A program made the position numbers and the translations under genes. Under the pieces are notes generated by a model. The model saw nothing but the letters and a program-made list of their open reading frames with translations, was not told where the DNA came from and made no database searches. DNA of 54,310 bases from Vicugna vicugna. Its lineage: Eukaryota. The stretch spans positions 5,253-59,562 of the forward strand of contig MU057547.1 in assembly GCA_013265495.1 (NCBI GenBank). Reading direction: 5' to 3'. This document shows, piece after piece, positions 1-11,998 of this stretch; position 1 is the first letter of the stretch, and every line of letters starts with the position of its first letter.

Positions 1-69
1 GGGCAGGAGGAGGCGGGTCGGGAGGGGGCCGGGAGCGGGTAGGAGGTGGAGGGAGGGAGGAGGAGGGGC

Positions 70-224
70 GCGCAGAGCCGAGCGGCGGCGGCGGCGGCGG
101 CTGGGGACGCGCGCGCGAGGCCGGCGGGCGGCGGGGAGGCGGCTCCGGGAGCGGCTCCGGCGGCGCCAGGAAGCAGGTCCGGGAGCGTGTCCCGCGTGTC
201 CGGCGGCGCCGGGCGGCTCACGAG
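70..224 (+). other. SPOCK3: Probable non-coding exon 1 (5' UTR) of SPOCK3; start approximate
   Basis: The ATG at 385 directly follows an acceptor (gtctccgtccccag), which implies an upstream exon. Best donor seen is CGAG|GTTTGC (GT at 225), giving a 160-nt intron. The TSS cannot be determined from sequence. Confidence 0.45.
82..101 (+). repeat. (GCG)6 trinucleotide repeat
   Basis: gcggcggcggcggcggcggc read directly. Confidence 0.9.
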
Positions 225-384
225 GTTTGCGCCGGGCCCCCTCCCTCCCCACCTGCTCCCGGCCTGTGGGTCTGCGCGCCGGCGGCGAGGGCGCTGCTGT
301 CCCTGCGGTGCCCCCTCCCCGTCCCGGCCGAGACACGCTGCCCGGGCCCCCGAGTGACGCGGCCCCGGTTGTCTCCGTCCCCAG

Positions 385-555
385 ATGCTCCGGGCGCCGG
401 CCGTGCTGTGCGTGTGCGCGGCCGCCTGGTGCGCGCAGGCTCTGGCGGCGGCCGTGGGCCGACCAGCCCGCGGCAGTTTTCTAGACGACAAACAATGGCT
501 CAGCACGGTGTCCCAGTACGACCGGGAGGCCGGACAGTGGAACCGATTCCGAGAC
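385..555 (+). CDS. SPOCK3: Testican-3 first coding exon (signal peptide and N-terminal testican region), 57 codons
   Basis: Translates to MLRAPAVLCVCAAAWCAQALAAAVGRPARGSFLDDKQWLSTVSQYDREAGQWNRFRD, recognisable against testican-3 (MLKVSAVLCVCAAAWCSQSL...NFLDDKQWLTTISQYDKEVGQWNKFRD). Acceptor cag at 382-384; donor GAC|GTAAGT at 556; phase 0. Confidence 0.97.
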
Positions 556-2889
556 GTAAGTCTGAGCCTTCTCGCTTTCGAGCGCGCGGCCGGGCCGGGG
601 TGGGGAGGGGTCGCCTGGCAGACGCACTGGGTTCAGGGTCCCCAGGTCCCCGCGGTCCTGTCCCCGCCCCAAAAGGCTCGCCAGGTGCCACCTGCACAAC
701 TTTGCACGATGTCTGGCGCCGGCGGCTGGCGAGGTGTTGCGCGAAAGTGGGGTCGATCCCGCGGCTGGTGGCCCAGCCAGGAGTCCGGGGAAGGTGGGGA
801 GATGTGGGCTTGCAGCGCCGCCGGCTCCTGAGGGATCGGGGGGTCTGGTGGCCCCAGTGGGCAGAAGTCGGGCGACGACAAGTCCTGCCACTGCGACCCT
901 TGCTGGCCATCAGCTTAGGGTGGACCTGTCCAGGATTACGTTAGCCGCGACTCTGCGCCGCCAGGGCGGGGGCGGGGGCGGGCGCGTGTGCAGGGCGGCG
1001 GTGAGGCGGGTTAAGCTGTGGACACCCACTCCCACCCGGGAGTTTCCCAGGGACAGTGGGCTATTGTGACGCATCCTGTACCTGAGACCCCAGCCGCCGG
1101 CCGAGCGCGGTGGTCCGGGTGGGGCTGCCCCCCTCCCCCCTTCCCTTAAGCCGGCCTGGACGCGGCGAGGGGCTGGGCAGCCGCGCTCCGCACACCTGAG
1201 GACCCTGTGGGCCCTCCCGCAGCGCCACGTGCACACGCGGATCGGGTCGCGCTCCGACACGATTTGAGAAAGAGAGAGGGTGGCAGCTCAGGCTAGTTAC
1301 ATCCTGGACCCTCGCCCGCTGCTCCCCACACCCGCTGGGAAGTGGCCGACAATCCGTGCCGAGCCAGCGGGGTGGTGGTGGGGGTGCTGGTTCTGGCAGC
1401 GGGAGGCCACGCTCGCTCACCTTTACTTAAATTTGAACGTGGAGTCTCAGTGCTGCAAGGCGCCGGGACTGGAAGAGGATGGCGGTGCTGGCGTCTAATC
1501 CGGTTCTGGCTTCCCTGCCTCTGAACGAAGCCGGAACGTTCTGAGTGAACGCGCGTGTACAGGCAAACCCCTGCACCCCTGTTTAATCAGGCTGATGGTG
1601 ATGCTGAATGCAACCAGAAGGAAGGCCAACGTGGTGTTTCTAAACCCGGGGGAAAACATCGTGCCCTCATTTGGAAAAAAATGTTGAGCGTTTGTCACTG
1701 TTTGAATAATGCTTCCTACTATGACATTTCATTACGTAAGGGCTACTTTAAAGATTTTAAAAAATGAATTTCATGCTTACTTTAATATATTTTAACCTTG
1801 AATGTCTGGCTTTATAGAAATTACTTTATTGAATTATTAAGAGCAAAACAGCTTATACTTGGACAGTTTGTAAAGGTGCTTGATTTAAACTACTGAGAAA
1901 GCTGAGTTGCTAGAAGGGTTAACTGTTCAAGGATTCGTGAACTTCCAGAGGCAGAATGTTGTCCTGCTGCACTCTTCATTGCTTCTTATGTGATCTCAGG
2001 GGGAAATGCATCAAAATGACATGTTAAATTTAGGTAAAGGATTTACTGAGTTTGTTTTTTTTTTTAGCAAATATCTGTCTGAAGCACATGCACTTGTACA
2101 TCAAAATGGAATAATGACCTGTTTGAACAACCTATGCCAATTTTTAGCATTCCCACTTTTGTCAGGTGACTTCTGGAGGGCTTGGGGAGACAAGCCCTCT
2201 CTCCCCCTGAACCACCTGTTGCTTATTATTAGCAAGATAAAATGAGTGCTGGCAGTGTGACTTCCCAAGGCAGGATGCACAGTGTAGAACCCTGATTCAG
2301 ACCACCCACCTCGCTGGCAATTTACGTGTTTACCTTGGGGGGCATTGTTAGCTTGATTTTTTTCCTGTGTTTTTCACAATGTTGTTTATTTTGGGTTCAT
2401 TTTAAGATTATGAGTCCATGCAAACTGTACTGCCTGAATCTATGTTTAAATGTCCTGCCTCTGCACTGATATCTTACATAATGGATTTGCAGACTCAGTT
2501 TATGTAAAGGCAAAGAAAGGAAATCCGAACCTCTTCTTTTGGCAACAATTTAACAGTTGACTTCTCAATTTCCTCAGTATAAACCACAGAGAAATAGGAG
2601 AACCACACACAAGCTTACAGTAAATACTGACGTAGAAGACACTTCAAGTAATTTTGATCGCTGTACACGAGCAATGCTCTTTGAATAAAGTTTTGTTGCC
2701 CTTTGAAAGTGGACAAAATGTCATTATATAGACAGAGAACTTTTATCCTTCTGAAAATCATTAATGTGTTTGGCTATTGGTATAAAATTCTTGTAGAGAT
2801 TCTAGTCCCCATGTTTTAGGAAAAATATAAGTTTAACTTAAAGATATAAAGAAATCAACACATTTAAAAATAAGTATGGTAGGTAGGAC

Positions 2890-3521
2890 TGATGCAGGAA
2901 AAACGGATGTGGGGCACGAGGAGGCCTGTGTCCCAGGCTTTGGCTGAGCCGCTGGGACGTGTCCCGCCAAGTGTGGGTCCTTGGCTTCGTGCAGGAAAGA
3001 ATTCAAGAGTGAGCCACAGTTGAGTACAAGTAGACTTATTTAGAGAAATACATTGAAAGGCAAGAGAAAGGCCTCAAGGTGTGGAGGTTGGGTGCTCAGA
3101 TTAGAGTAAAAGTAGGTACACACTCCATAGACAGAGTGTGGGCCGTCTCCAAAGAGGGAGAGAAGGGGCAGCTGGGAGGTGCTGTGTTGCCAGTTTTTAT
3201 GAGGTCAGTGCCTCCATATGCTAATAAGTGGAAGGACCAGTCTAACTACCTTGGGAATGGGGCTGGGATTCCCAGGAAGTTGGCCATTTCCCGCTCTGAC
3301 CTTTTGGGGGCAGCCTTGGGGCTGCCCCGGCGCCTGTGGGCATGTCATTCACCACGCTAATATATTACAGTGGGCAAATAATGAAGCTCAAGGTTTATTA
3401 GAAGTTAAATCTCCTACCATCCTGAGCCTCAAGGCCTCCTGGGGGTTGAATCCTCCGCCATCCTGCTGTTAACTGCTGTGTTATTCCTTGAATGGCTGGG
3501 GCCTGCCCACTTCCTGTCTCA
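2890..3521 (-). mobile_element. Solo ERV LTR (class I-like), 632 bp
   Basis: TG...CA termini flanked by GGAC at 2886-2889 and 3522-3525. The motif cttggcttcgtgcaggaaagaattcaagagtgagcc is typical of antisense ERV1 LTRs. Confidence 0.85.
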
Positions 3522-4149
3522 GGACCAGCAGGCTATGTTCAGGGTATAATTACGTGATTTTGAAAACAAAGCAAACAAAACCTCTCCATGGCAGGATGTG
3601 TCTAGCAAATACATTGGTTGCATGGCATTTTCTGCTTTTTTGGTTCAGTCTGGTGGTGGTAAAATCCAAAAGCCAACATCCTCGATGGGAATACCGGGAC
3701 CTTCAGCAAGAACAGGGTGAGGGAGGCTGGTCTGGTCTGCTAGGAGAACTGGGACCCAGGATTATTACAAGGAAACGGAATCATTAGCTCATGAATCACA
3801 TGGTTCATATATTACATATTTTAAACATATATAAGTCGATTAAACTGTGCTCTTTATCATGCCACGTGAGTATGGAATTTGGAAACCAGTACATGAATCG
3901 GCAGTGAACGATACAGTTCCTTCAGCAGCCTTGTAGATTGCCGATGTCACCGGAAGGGGGGCATGTGGCAATGGAGCGTCAAGGAAAGGAAACCATATGT
4001 TGTGAGCGATGCAGGACAAATCTAACAAAGTGCAGTGACGGCCATGCTCATTTAAATAACTCATGTAATAAGTCCAAATTCTATTCTTAAATTTTGACGT
4101 TCAAGTGGTTCTGGCATACATCTGTTTTTCAGTAAAAATCCCTGGGACT

Positions 4150-4477
4150 GGGAGGTAGGGGTGAAGTGAGGACGGACATGGGGAGCACAGGAGAAGATCC
4201 TCCGTAGATAGGATAGTGGTGGACACATGTCATTAGACGTTCATCCTGGCCGTCCAGTGCTCGGCCTAGGGTGAGCCCCAGGTGTACTGTGCCCTTGGGC
4301 AGCTGTGATGTGTTGGTGCAGCGTGATTGGCTGTAACAGATGTGCCAGCTGGTGGGGATGCTGACAGCAGGGAGGTCGTGTTGGGGGGGGGCAGGGGAGA
4401 ATGAGGAATCTCCGTACCCTCCTCTCTCCGTTGCTGTGAACCTGAACGTGCTCTATAAAAGCAGGGTCTTAAAAAAT
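4150..4477 (+). mobile_element. Old L1 (L1MC-like) 3' end
   Basis: Motifs ggacacatgtcatta, tgtaacagatgtgcca and gctgtgaacctgaacgtgctct followed by an A-rich tail. Boundaries approximate. Confidence 0.75.
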
Positions 4478-4500
4478 CACAATCACAATCACAATCACAA
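4476..4500 (+). repeat. (AATCAC)4 microsatellite at the L1 tail
   Basis: aatcacaatcacaatcacaatcaca read directly. Confidence 0.9.
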
Positions 4501-5474
4501 CTCCAACAACTTAAAAAGGAAACAAAAAACTTGGGGCTGATTTTGAACATTGTTTTAAGAAGTGGTAACCATGTGTGATGCAAAACCAGCGATCAGCTTC
4601 AGTTACATTTGTTTCTTAAGTGGTTTGCAATACCCTTTAGGTATATGGGAAGCTATACTAGTAAAGTTTTACCGTTTAACTTTACAAATGCAACCTTAAC
4701 ACAAGATTTGCAGTGGCCCTTGGAACCAGTGTCCCCTCAGCACTCAGGCTCCTCCTTTTTGCTGCCTGGTTCTCTAAATTAAATGTTTTGTTGAGACATA
4801 ATTGACAACTGCAGTTGCATATGTTTAAGGTGTAGGCGTCAGAGCGCGCACGCCTGTGTCTTGTGCAGCGATTCCCTGTGCGGCGCGTTCACAGCAGGCA
4901 GGAGCGTTACTACTTTGCTTTTCAACAATATGCACCAAAACAGGGGAACAATTATCACCGATTTGGAGAAACTGAACAAATGAGACCACCGTTCTGTCTG
5001 TTCAGGAATACCTTCTCAATCATGGATATCCACTGCTGATTTTTTAAGAAAGTACATTTTTAGTGTTTTTCTCTGTGAACTCACATTCTAAAATGCGGTA
5101 CCATCATGGCTTGTCACAGTTGAGAACGTGGCTGTCCTTGGGAATTCTTCACAGCCGGTCCACTGCATTTTCACCGACGTGCTTCTCTCTGTCTTGATTG
5201 TTTGATGACAGGGGGCAACTCTGTATGTAAACATTCATGACAGCCTTTGCAAACAGTGTGCCTGTTCGCAGATAAGGGTTGGCAAAGACTGCAGCCTGCA
5301 GTGTTTTTTACATTGGACTGTTGCTTATATAGTTTAAACCATTGGGGAAGGACTCAAGAGAGGGAGTGATCTCTTAAGGGAAGCACAGCTGTCCTAGAAG
5401 ATTCTGAGCAGGTAGGTGACTCCAGCTGCACCGGGCTGTCCTCAGGCAGCATCTGGCCTCTCCTGGTCATCTGG

Positions 5475-5658
5475 GGCCTGGTTAAGCAGTGGTCCTGGTT
5501 CAGCAATGGTCGTGGTTCAGCAGTGGTCCTGGTTCAGCACTGGCCTGGTTAAGCTCTGGTCCTGGTTCAGCTCTGGTCCTGGTTCAGCACTGATCTGGTT
5601 CAGCTCTGGTCCTGGTTCAGCACTGGTCCTGGTTCAAGCACTGTCCCGATTCAGCACT
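5475..5658 (+). repeat. Minisatellite, about 11 copies of a 16-18 bp unit (GGTCCTGGTTCAGCACT)
   Basis: Tandem units read directly, with no spacers. Confidence 0.92.
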
Positions 5659-5779
5659 GGTTGTGGTACAGCCTCCACCCCCGTGTCTTGACACCACCAC
5701 CAGCAGCAGTATACTCAGCACTGGGAGGAAGCAGGGGTGGTTTTCTGGAGTCAGACGTTGGTGTACAGCCATCTCTGCG

Positions 5780-6490
5780 CATTTTGTCATCTTCCAAGCT
5801 GTAGCTCTGCCCTCACTAAGTCCCTGTCCCCCTCCCGCAGACTTTGGCACCCACTGTTCTTTCTGTTGCTACTAGTCTGACTACTTTAGGGGTCCCTCAT
5901 AAGTAGAATCATGGAGGATTTCTTGTCTTTTGAGGGTTGGCTTATTTCATTTAGCATAATGCCCTCAAAGCTCGTGTGTGTTATTGCAAATGGCAGGATT
6001 TCCTTCCTCTTAAAGCTCACTAATAATTCACCATGTGTCTCCACCACATTTGTTTATCCATCACCCATCAGTGGCCGCTTGGGCGGCGTTCACCTCTGGG
6101 CTGTGGTGAAGAAGGCGCCAGGAATGTGGGCGTGCGGGTGTCTCTTCAGGGTCCTGCTTTCAGTCCTTGGGAGACATACGCAGCATTGGGATTGCTGGTC
6201 ATGCAGGAGCTCCATGGAACTCCATACTGTTTTCCACAGTTGCTGGACCAGTTACATTCCACCAACAAGGCACAAGGTTCCAGTTTCTCCACATCCTCGC
6301 CACACTGGTTTCTGTTTTTGGTGACAGCGGTTCTGACAGGTGTGAGGTGACATCTCACTATGGTTTTGATTTGCATTCCCCTGATGGTTAGTGATGGTGA
6401 GCATCTTTTCATGTGCCTGTTGGCCGCCTGCATGTCACCCCAGTGAAATGCCTATTCCAGTCCTTTGGCCATTTTTTAATTGAGTTTTTT
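5780..6490 (-). mobile_element. L1 (L1MA/MB-like) ORF2 3' end and 3' UTR fragment
   Basis: Minus-strand ORF with ANRHMKRCSPSLTIRGMQIKTIVRCHLTPVR, an L1 ORF2 C-terminal motif. Boundaries approximate. Confidence 0.9.
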
Positions 6491-9461
6491 GACACTGTTA
6501 TTGTTAATATAGGTTTTACAAAGGGGGAAACTTAGTTTCAACAAGCTTAATTAACCTGCTTCAGATGAGTGAGGTTTCAACTTTCTTTCTAGCTCTAAAT
6601 GTCGTGTTTACTTGTTTTTTTCTTATTTAACAGTGGCCACTTCAAATGAGTCATTATGAGCAACTCAAATTAGTTGTCTTTTTCTTTTGAGATGTTACGT
6701 TTGGCCCTTTTAAACGGTCACAATGATTGTATCCTTTTTTTCTGCTAGACCAGTACGTTGGTAAAGACTTGGACTCTATCACAATTACTGAGCGGGTGTC
6801 TCCCATGCAGCTCCAGTGATGCTGCTACATTTGATCATTCAGTCTGGGAGCTACACTAGAAGACCGCGGGCAGCCTGACCGTCCTTAGTCTTACATAAGC
6901 AACACGAATGACAGGAATCCGGGAGGCCCTCTGCCCGGTGTTGCTCAAAGAGCAGAGTTTATCCTGCAGGCGCACTCATGTGACCACGCACAGTGCTGGC
7001 ATTTGTACTTCCTAGTGAGGTTTCTTGATATCACAGTGCAGTTCTGAATACCTGAGGTGGGCAGGAGTGCCGTTGAAAGGAACACTAACGTGTTCACACT
7101 GAGAAAACATGGAGTGACTTGGAGTTCAGAGGTTTCTGTACTTCGTGGGGGGGCTGGGCTTACGGGAACCGCTGCGTCTTTGGAAACTGTCAGGCCCGTG
7201 GTGCCCGAGGTCCACCCGCTGCAGCTGTGAATTTACTTCCAACGTAGATAAAGTGGAAAAGGAAGGGGAGCTCGGTCTTACAGGCTGAGACTGGGAACAT
7301 AGTTATTATCAGATGTAACCAACACCTGCACATGGAGCTGAACCCGCTGAATGCTGCTCAGCGTGGAGCAGTGAGACAGCCTGCCCATTTCTGTCCAGAG
7401 TGGATCGCTTGTTTCTCTGTATTTTCCATGTTGAATATCACTGATGTAATACTGTTGACTTTTTTAAAAAGGAAATTGCATCATATTTAAGACAGTACAT
7501 GTAGCTTTTAAAATAATTTTGTTGTTTACTTATATTTTGGAGAATTTTCCATGTAGAATTTCATTGACATTGTTAAGTATGAACTGTTTCACTGAACATG
7601 AATTCTCTGTTTTGAGAATTTTGTAGCAAAAGAACAAAATAATTAGCTGCCATGCTGAAGAAAATATGTAGGGAATTAAAATTCAGTAATTTTTGTACTT
7701 TGTAGTTACTGAATTTAAGTATTACTGACCTTATTTGGTGCTAAATTTTATCCTAAGTATTTATATGAAATAAATGGTTATAGGAAATAGTCTCTGATAA
7801 AAACTAAATGTATACGATCAATTTTGAGGCATGTTGAGTGTTACAGATAATTCCGTGGGCTTTTTATTCTTAGGATAAGGAAAAGCCCATTATGTAGCAG
7901 GAATAAAATAAAGAGAAAGGCCAAAAATATAACCATTTAATCTAATCGTGTCTCCAGATATATAAAACGCTGCAGACCATTGTCTTCCTGAATCTGATAA
8001 GCTCCTGAAAATAGTAATTCGAGGGTCCCTCAGTCACAGCTCACCTTCACTGTCCTAACACCGGGCCTTTGTGATTTTCAGAATGTTTGCGTGGGGCCTT
8101 CTAGGCAGGAAAGTCTGAAATGCGAGCTACTTGCCGTGGAGGAGCGTCTGCTGAGGACAGTTCTTGCCCGTCAGAATGTCACCAGGCCTTGCAGTGTGAT
8201 GTGAGAGGTGGGCTCGGGTCTTCCTGTGGGACCATCTGACCACCCCCCGCCCTCCCACCCCCCGTCCCCCGGGACAGTCAGATTCATCAAAGATGAAGGT
8301 TCCCAGAAGGTCAGGTTTCTGGACCTTCGTACCAGCAAGCTCTGGCCTCGCATTGCCTGGGAAATGTCTCTGAGGTGAAGTGTGGTTTCTTGGAGCTGAG
8401 ATGTTGTAACTGGATGTTTGTAAAGAACATCCAGTTGTATCTACTGAGAATGTGAACGCAGGGCTCCCTCCAGTCATGACTGCAGAGGAGCTGAGCTGGA
8501 AGCTGAGATTTAACGTGACTTCTTGGGTGAAGTCACATTTTTAGGTGGATCAGCACGTTGAGCACGTTATCCTCAGAATTTCTTATTGATTAAACTCGCT
8601 GACTTTGCTTGCGTTATTATTTAAAATCACTTGCTTCAGGACTCGAAGTTTTCTGTTTTTTCCTTTTAATTCTACATATTTTCCTAAGTAAGAACTTTTA
8701 AAACATAGGAAAATTGCTCAGGGGGGATGACGTGTTTAGTTTAGATACCAAATTAGTAGTAAAGATAGAAGACATCCCATCCCGCAGCATTTCTGGAGTA
8801 AGAAGTATTTGGAAAAATGCATTTTGAGTGTATGCCGGGTGCCCAGTTTTGAACATCACTCAGAACCACCCCAGCTTATAGGTCAGGGAGCGGGACCGGG
8901 AAATCGTATTTCAGAAGCGCTTTGCTTGCCAAGTAGCTGGACACCAGCTGGCCTGCACTGCTGAGAGCGTGGGGTTCGTTCTTGGAGTGGGCCCTCCCTT
9001 CTCTGACTCATGGTTTGGGGTGCATGGTGGGGTGGGGGGTGCTTGCCATCATCACGGGTGACACAGGCACCCCTGCTCGTGCTGGTCTCAGGTGTGGTCC
9101 CCCCACCTGGTACCCAGATCAGAAGCAGCGTGAAACATCATGTGTCACCTAAGGGCAAGGTAACAACCATGAGGATCTGGGACCTTTATTTTCCTGTTTA
9201 CACACGGTCATTTTTTGAGCTGAAAGCCATTTGCTGACTCCTAGCTGGTCTGCCTGAGTGTCCCCTGAATGGCTTTCAAGTTTCCTTCTCCATGGCCCTC
9301 ACCTTCGACTCCAAAAATATGTTCTCTGGGAACGAATCCTCATAAGAAGTAGGTAGTTTCAGGTATAAGTAGTCTTAGGTATAATTAAAACCCATTTGTT
9401 CTTAATTATTCAATCTGAGTAATTTCATTTTCACTTGTTGGATTAGATTGTGATGTTTCTG

Positions 9462-9645
9462 TTTTTATTGGGTTATAGTCAGTTTACAATGTTGTGTCAA
9501 TTTCTGGTGTAGAGCACAGTGCTTCAGTCATAATGAGTATACATGTATTCACTTTTATATTCTTTTCACCATAAGCTACTACAAGATATTGAATATATTT
9601 CCCTGTGCTATGCAATATAAACTTGTTTATCTATTTTATATATAC
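9462..9645 (-). mobile_element. 5'-truncated L1 3' UTR
   Basis: tttacaatgttgtgtcaatttctggtgta...ttccctgtgctat, a typical antisense L1 3' terminus. Confidence 0.8.
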
Positions 9646-9684
9646 CAAATGGGCAGTACTCTTCCCCTGCTAAGAGTAGATCTA

Positions 9685-10250
9685 ACATGCACCCCAGTGT
9701 TCACAGCATCATTATTTACAACAGCCAAGACATGGAAACAACCTAAATGTCCATCGACAGATGACTGGATAAAGAAGTTGTGATGTATTTATACAACAGA
9801 ATACTATTCAGCCATAAAAAGAAATGAAATAATGCCATTTGCAGCAACATGGATGGACCTGGAGGTCATCATTCCCAGTGAAGTAAGTCAGACAGAGAAA
9901 GACAAACATCACATGATATCACTTACAGGTGGAATCTAAAAAAAAAGATAAGAATCTTATTTACAAACCAAAAACAGACTCATGGACATAGAAAGCAAAG
10001 TATGGTTACCAAAGGAGAAAGGGAGGGAGGGATAAATTAGGAGTTTGGGATTAGCAGATACAAACTACTATATATAAAATAGATAAACAACAAGGACCTA
10101 CTGTACAGCACAGGGAGCTATGTTCAATTCTTTATAACATATAATGGAAAAGAATTTTTAAAATGTGTATGTATAACTGAATCACTTTGCTGTACACCTG
10201 AAACTAACATTGTAAATCAACTGCACATCGATAAAAAAATTAAAAAATAA
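9685..10250 (+). mobile_element. L1 ORF2 C-terminus and 3' UTR with A-rich tail
   Basis: Encodes FTASLFTTAKTWKQPKCPSTDDWIKK, followed by canonical 3' UTR motifs. Confidence 0.92.
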
Positions 10251-10259
10251 GTGGACCAC

Positions 10260-10565
10260 TGACACACAATAATATGGGTGAACCCTTAAAGAATGCTGAG
10301 GGAAAGCAGAACTGAACATTTTCCTACTCTGATTTCATTTAAGTAACACTCTGGAAAAGACAGAAGAGCAAAGCAGAACAGAGGTGCGTGGCCACTCAGA
10401 CCTGGGGAAGGACACTGACCACGAAGGGATGTGAGAGAAGGTTTCCGATGATGAACTTGACTGTGGTGGGGCTTACGTGACTGTAACCCCGACAAAACTC
10501 GCTGGTCTGTGCACTTAAGAGAGTGAATATTATGCATGTAAATTGTACCTCAATAAAACACAAAA
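10260..10565 (+). mobile_element. Old L1M 3' end
   Basis: Ends gtgaatattatgcatgtaaattgtacctcaataaaa, the common old-L1 terminus. Confidence 0.65.
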
Positions 10566-11261
10566 ATGAAATGCCTATGATTTTATTTTTTAAATAACAT
10601 TTTTAAAATTTACAATTTGAAAATTTAAATTTTTTTAATTTGTAATTTTTTTAATTCCCAAATATACTGGGTGAATGGAGTTAAGTATCTTGGGCTGAAG
10701 CTGCCAAGACCTCAAAACTTCAGATTTTGTTTGAAAGGCATGTAGGGTTTCAAAGGTAATCAGTCAAAGAATAAATCATTTGTAGCTTCTCTCTCAGCAC
10801 AGGGATTAAAGGAATTGGGAAACAAACAAAACAAAATCAAAACTAAACGAATTAGCTTTATATTTTAAAAATCAGAAAAAATAAATACTGGAAAATAAAA
10901 TTCAAAAAGAAAGATGGAAGTCATGAGGCCTTAACCCACGTCACCTTCCCTGGAGACCTCCCCTGGAGGTCCTGTCTGAGGCTGTGACTTTCCAGACGTG
11001 TCTTACTCCCTGTCTGCTGTTTTCTTTTTTTATCGGTTATATTATTTCAAATATATTTTCAACTGAGTTTTAATGTTTATCGTCACTGGTGAGAAGGTTT
11101 GTTTATTATTGCTCATGTAACGCCAGCACTGTAAGCCCTGGATACTAGTCTTTTTATCAGATACGTCTTTCCATTCTTTTAACAGTGTCTTCTGTAGTAT
11201 AGAAGTGTTTAATGTTAAAGAAATTCAACTTACCAGTTTTTTCCACTCTTACCTTTTTTAA

Positions 11262-11455
11262 ATTCTTTTTTATTGAAGTGCAGTTGATTTACAATGCCAG
11301 TTTCAGATGTGCAGCAGAGAGATTCAGTTACACACATTTGTACATATACACATATTTTTCAGATTCTTTTCCATTAGCCGCTATTACAAGAAATTGAGTA
11401 TAGTTCCCTGTGCTCTGCAGTAGGCCCTTGTTGTCATCTATTTTGTATATAGTAT
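11262..11455 (-). mobile_element. 5'-truncated L1 3' UTR
   Basis: tttttattgaagtgcagttgatttacaatg...tagttccctgtgct. Confidence 0.8.
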
Positions 11456-11998
11456 AAATGAAAACAAAGTATTAAACAAGTTAATAAATTATTGAGTACA
11501 ATTATTGAGCTTGGGTTTTGACACACAGACACAGCGTATAGGAACATATTTAAATGACCAAAACTAAACCGCATGTTTATACCCTATTTAATACAACTGC
11601 AGGAGCCGTAAAGGGGTAGTACATCACCACATGTACTCAATGGCTACTGTAAAACGAAATTTTAAAAAGTGTGAAGAGTTATAATGCCTGAATTGACCTT
11701 AGAAATGCAAACAGTTCATTCAGAGAATATAAATATTTAATTGTTCTTACTTGCCAGACAGCCTGCATTTCCTCCAGACCTGAGAAGAGAAAGCTACCAA
11801 AGCCTGGTGGCCTTTTCCCACCAGGGTTCCAAGAGAAGATTAAGCTCGAAAACCCTAAAGCCACAATTCTCCAAGTGAGACCCCAGGCCAGCAGCGACAG
11901 CCTCACCTGGAAATTGGTAAGAAGTGCAGATTCTCAGGCCCCAACCACGACAAGCTTAATGGGAGCCGTGGACGGTTGCGTCCAGAAGTTCATGACAC

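Larger units (their letters stand above)
1..1560. promoter_or_regulatory. CpG island / GC-rich promoter and 5' region of SPOCK3
   Basis: Very high GC and CpG density from base 1 to about 1560, then an abrupt shift to AT-rich sequence. Contains GC-box-like motifs and G-runs and overlaps the first coding exon. Confidence 0.9.

Noticed and set aside
385..831. 148-aa ORF as a complete secreted protein
   Set aside because: Similarity to testican-3 stops at the strong donor at 556; the remainder is GC-rich intron read-through.
46..1524. Many overlapping Arg/Gly/Pro/Ala-rich ORFs
   Set aside because: Expected from the scarcity of stop codons in a CpG island; no recognisable domains.
5416..5691. 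(WFSSGPGSA)-repeat ORF, or a CRISPR-like array
   Set aside because: By-product of the 17-bp minisatellite; no spacers.
9462..10250. Opposed L1 pieces as a twin-priming inversion
   Set aside because: Each piece has its own 3' end, so two independent insertions are more likely.
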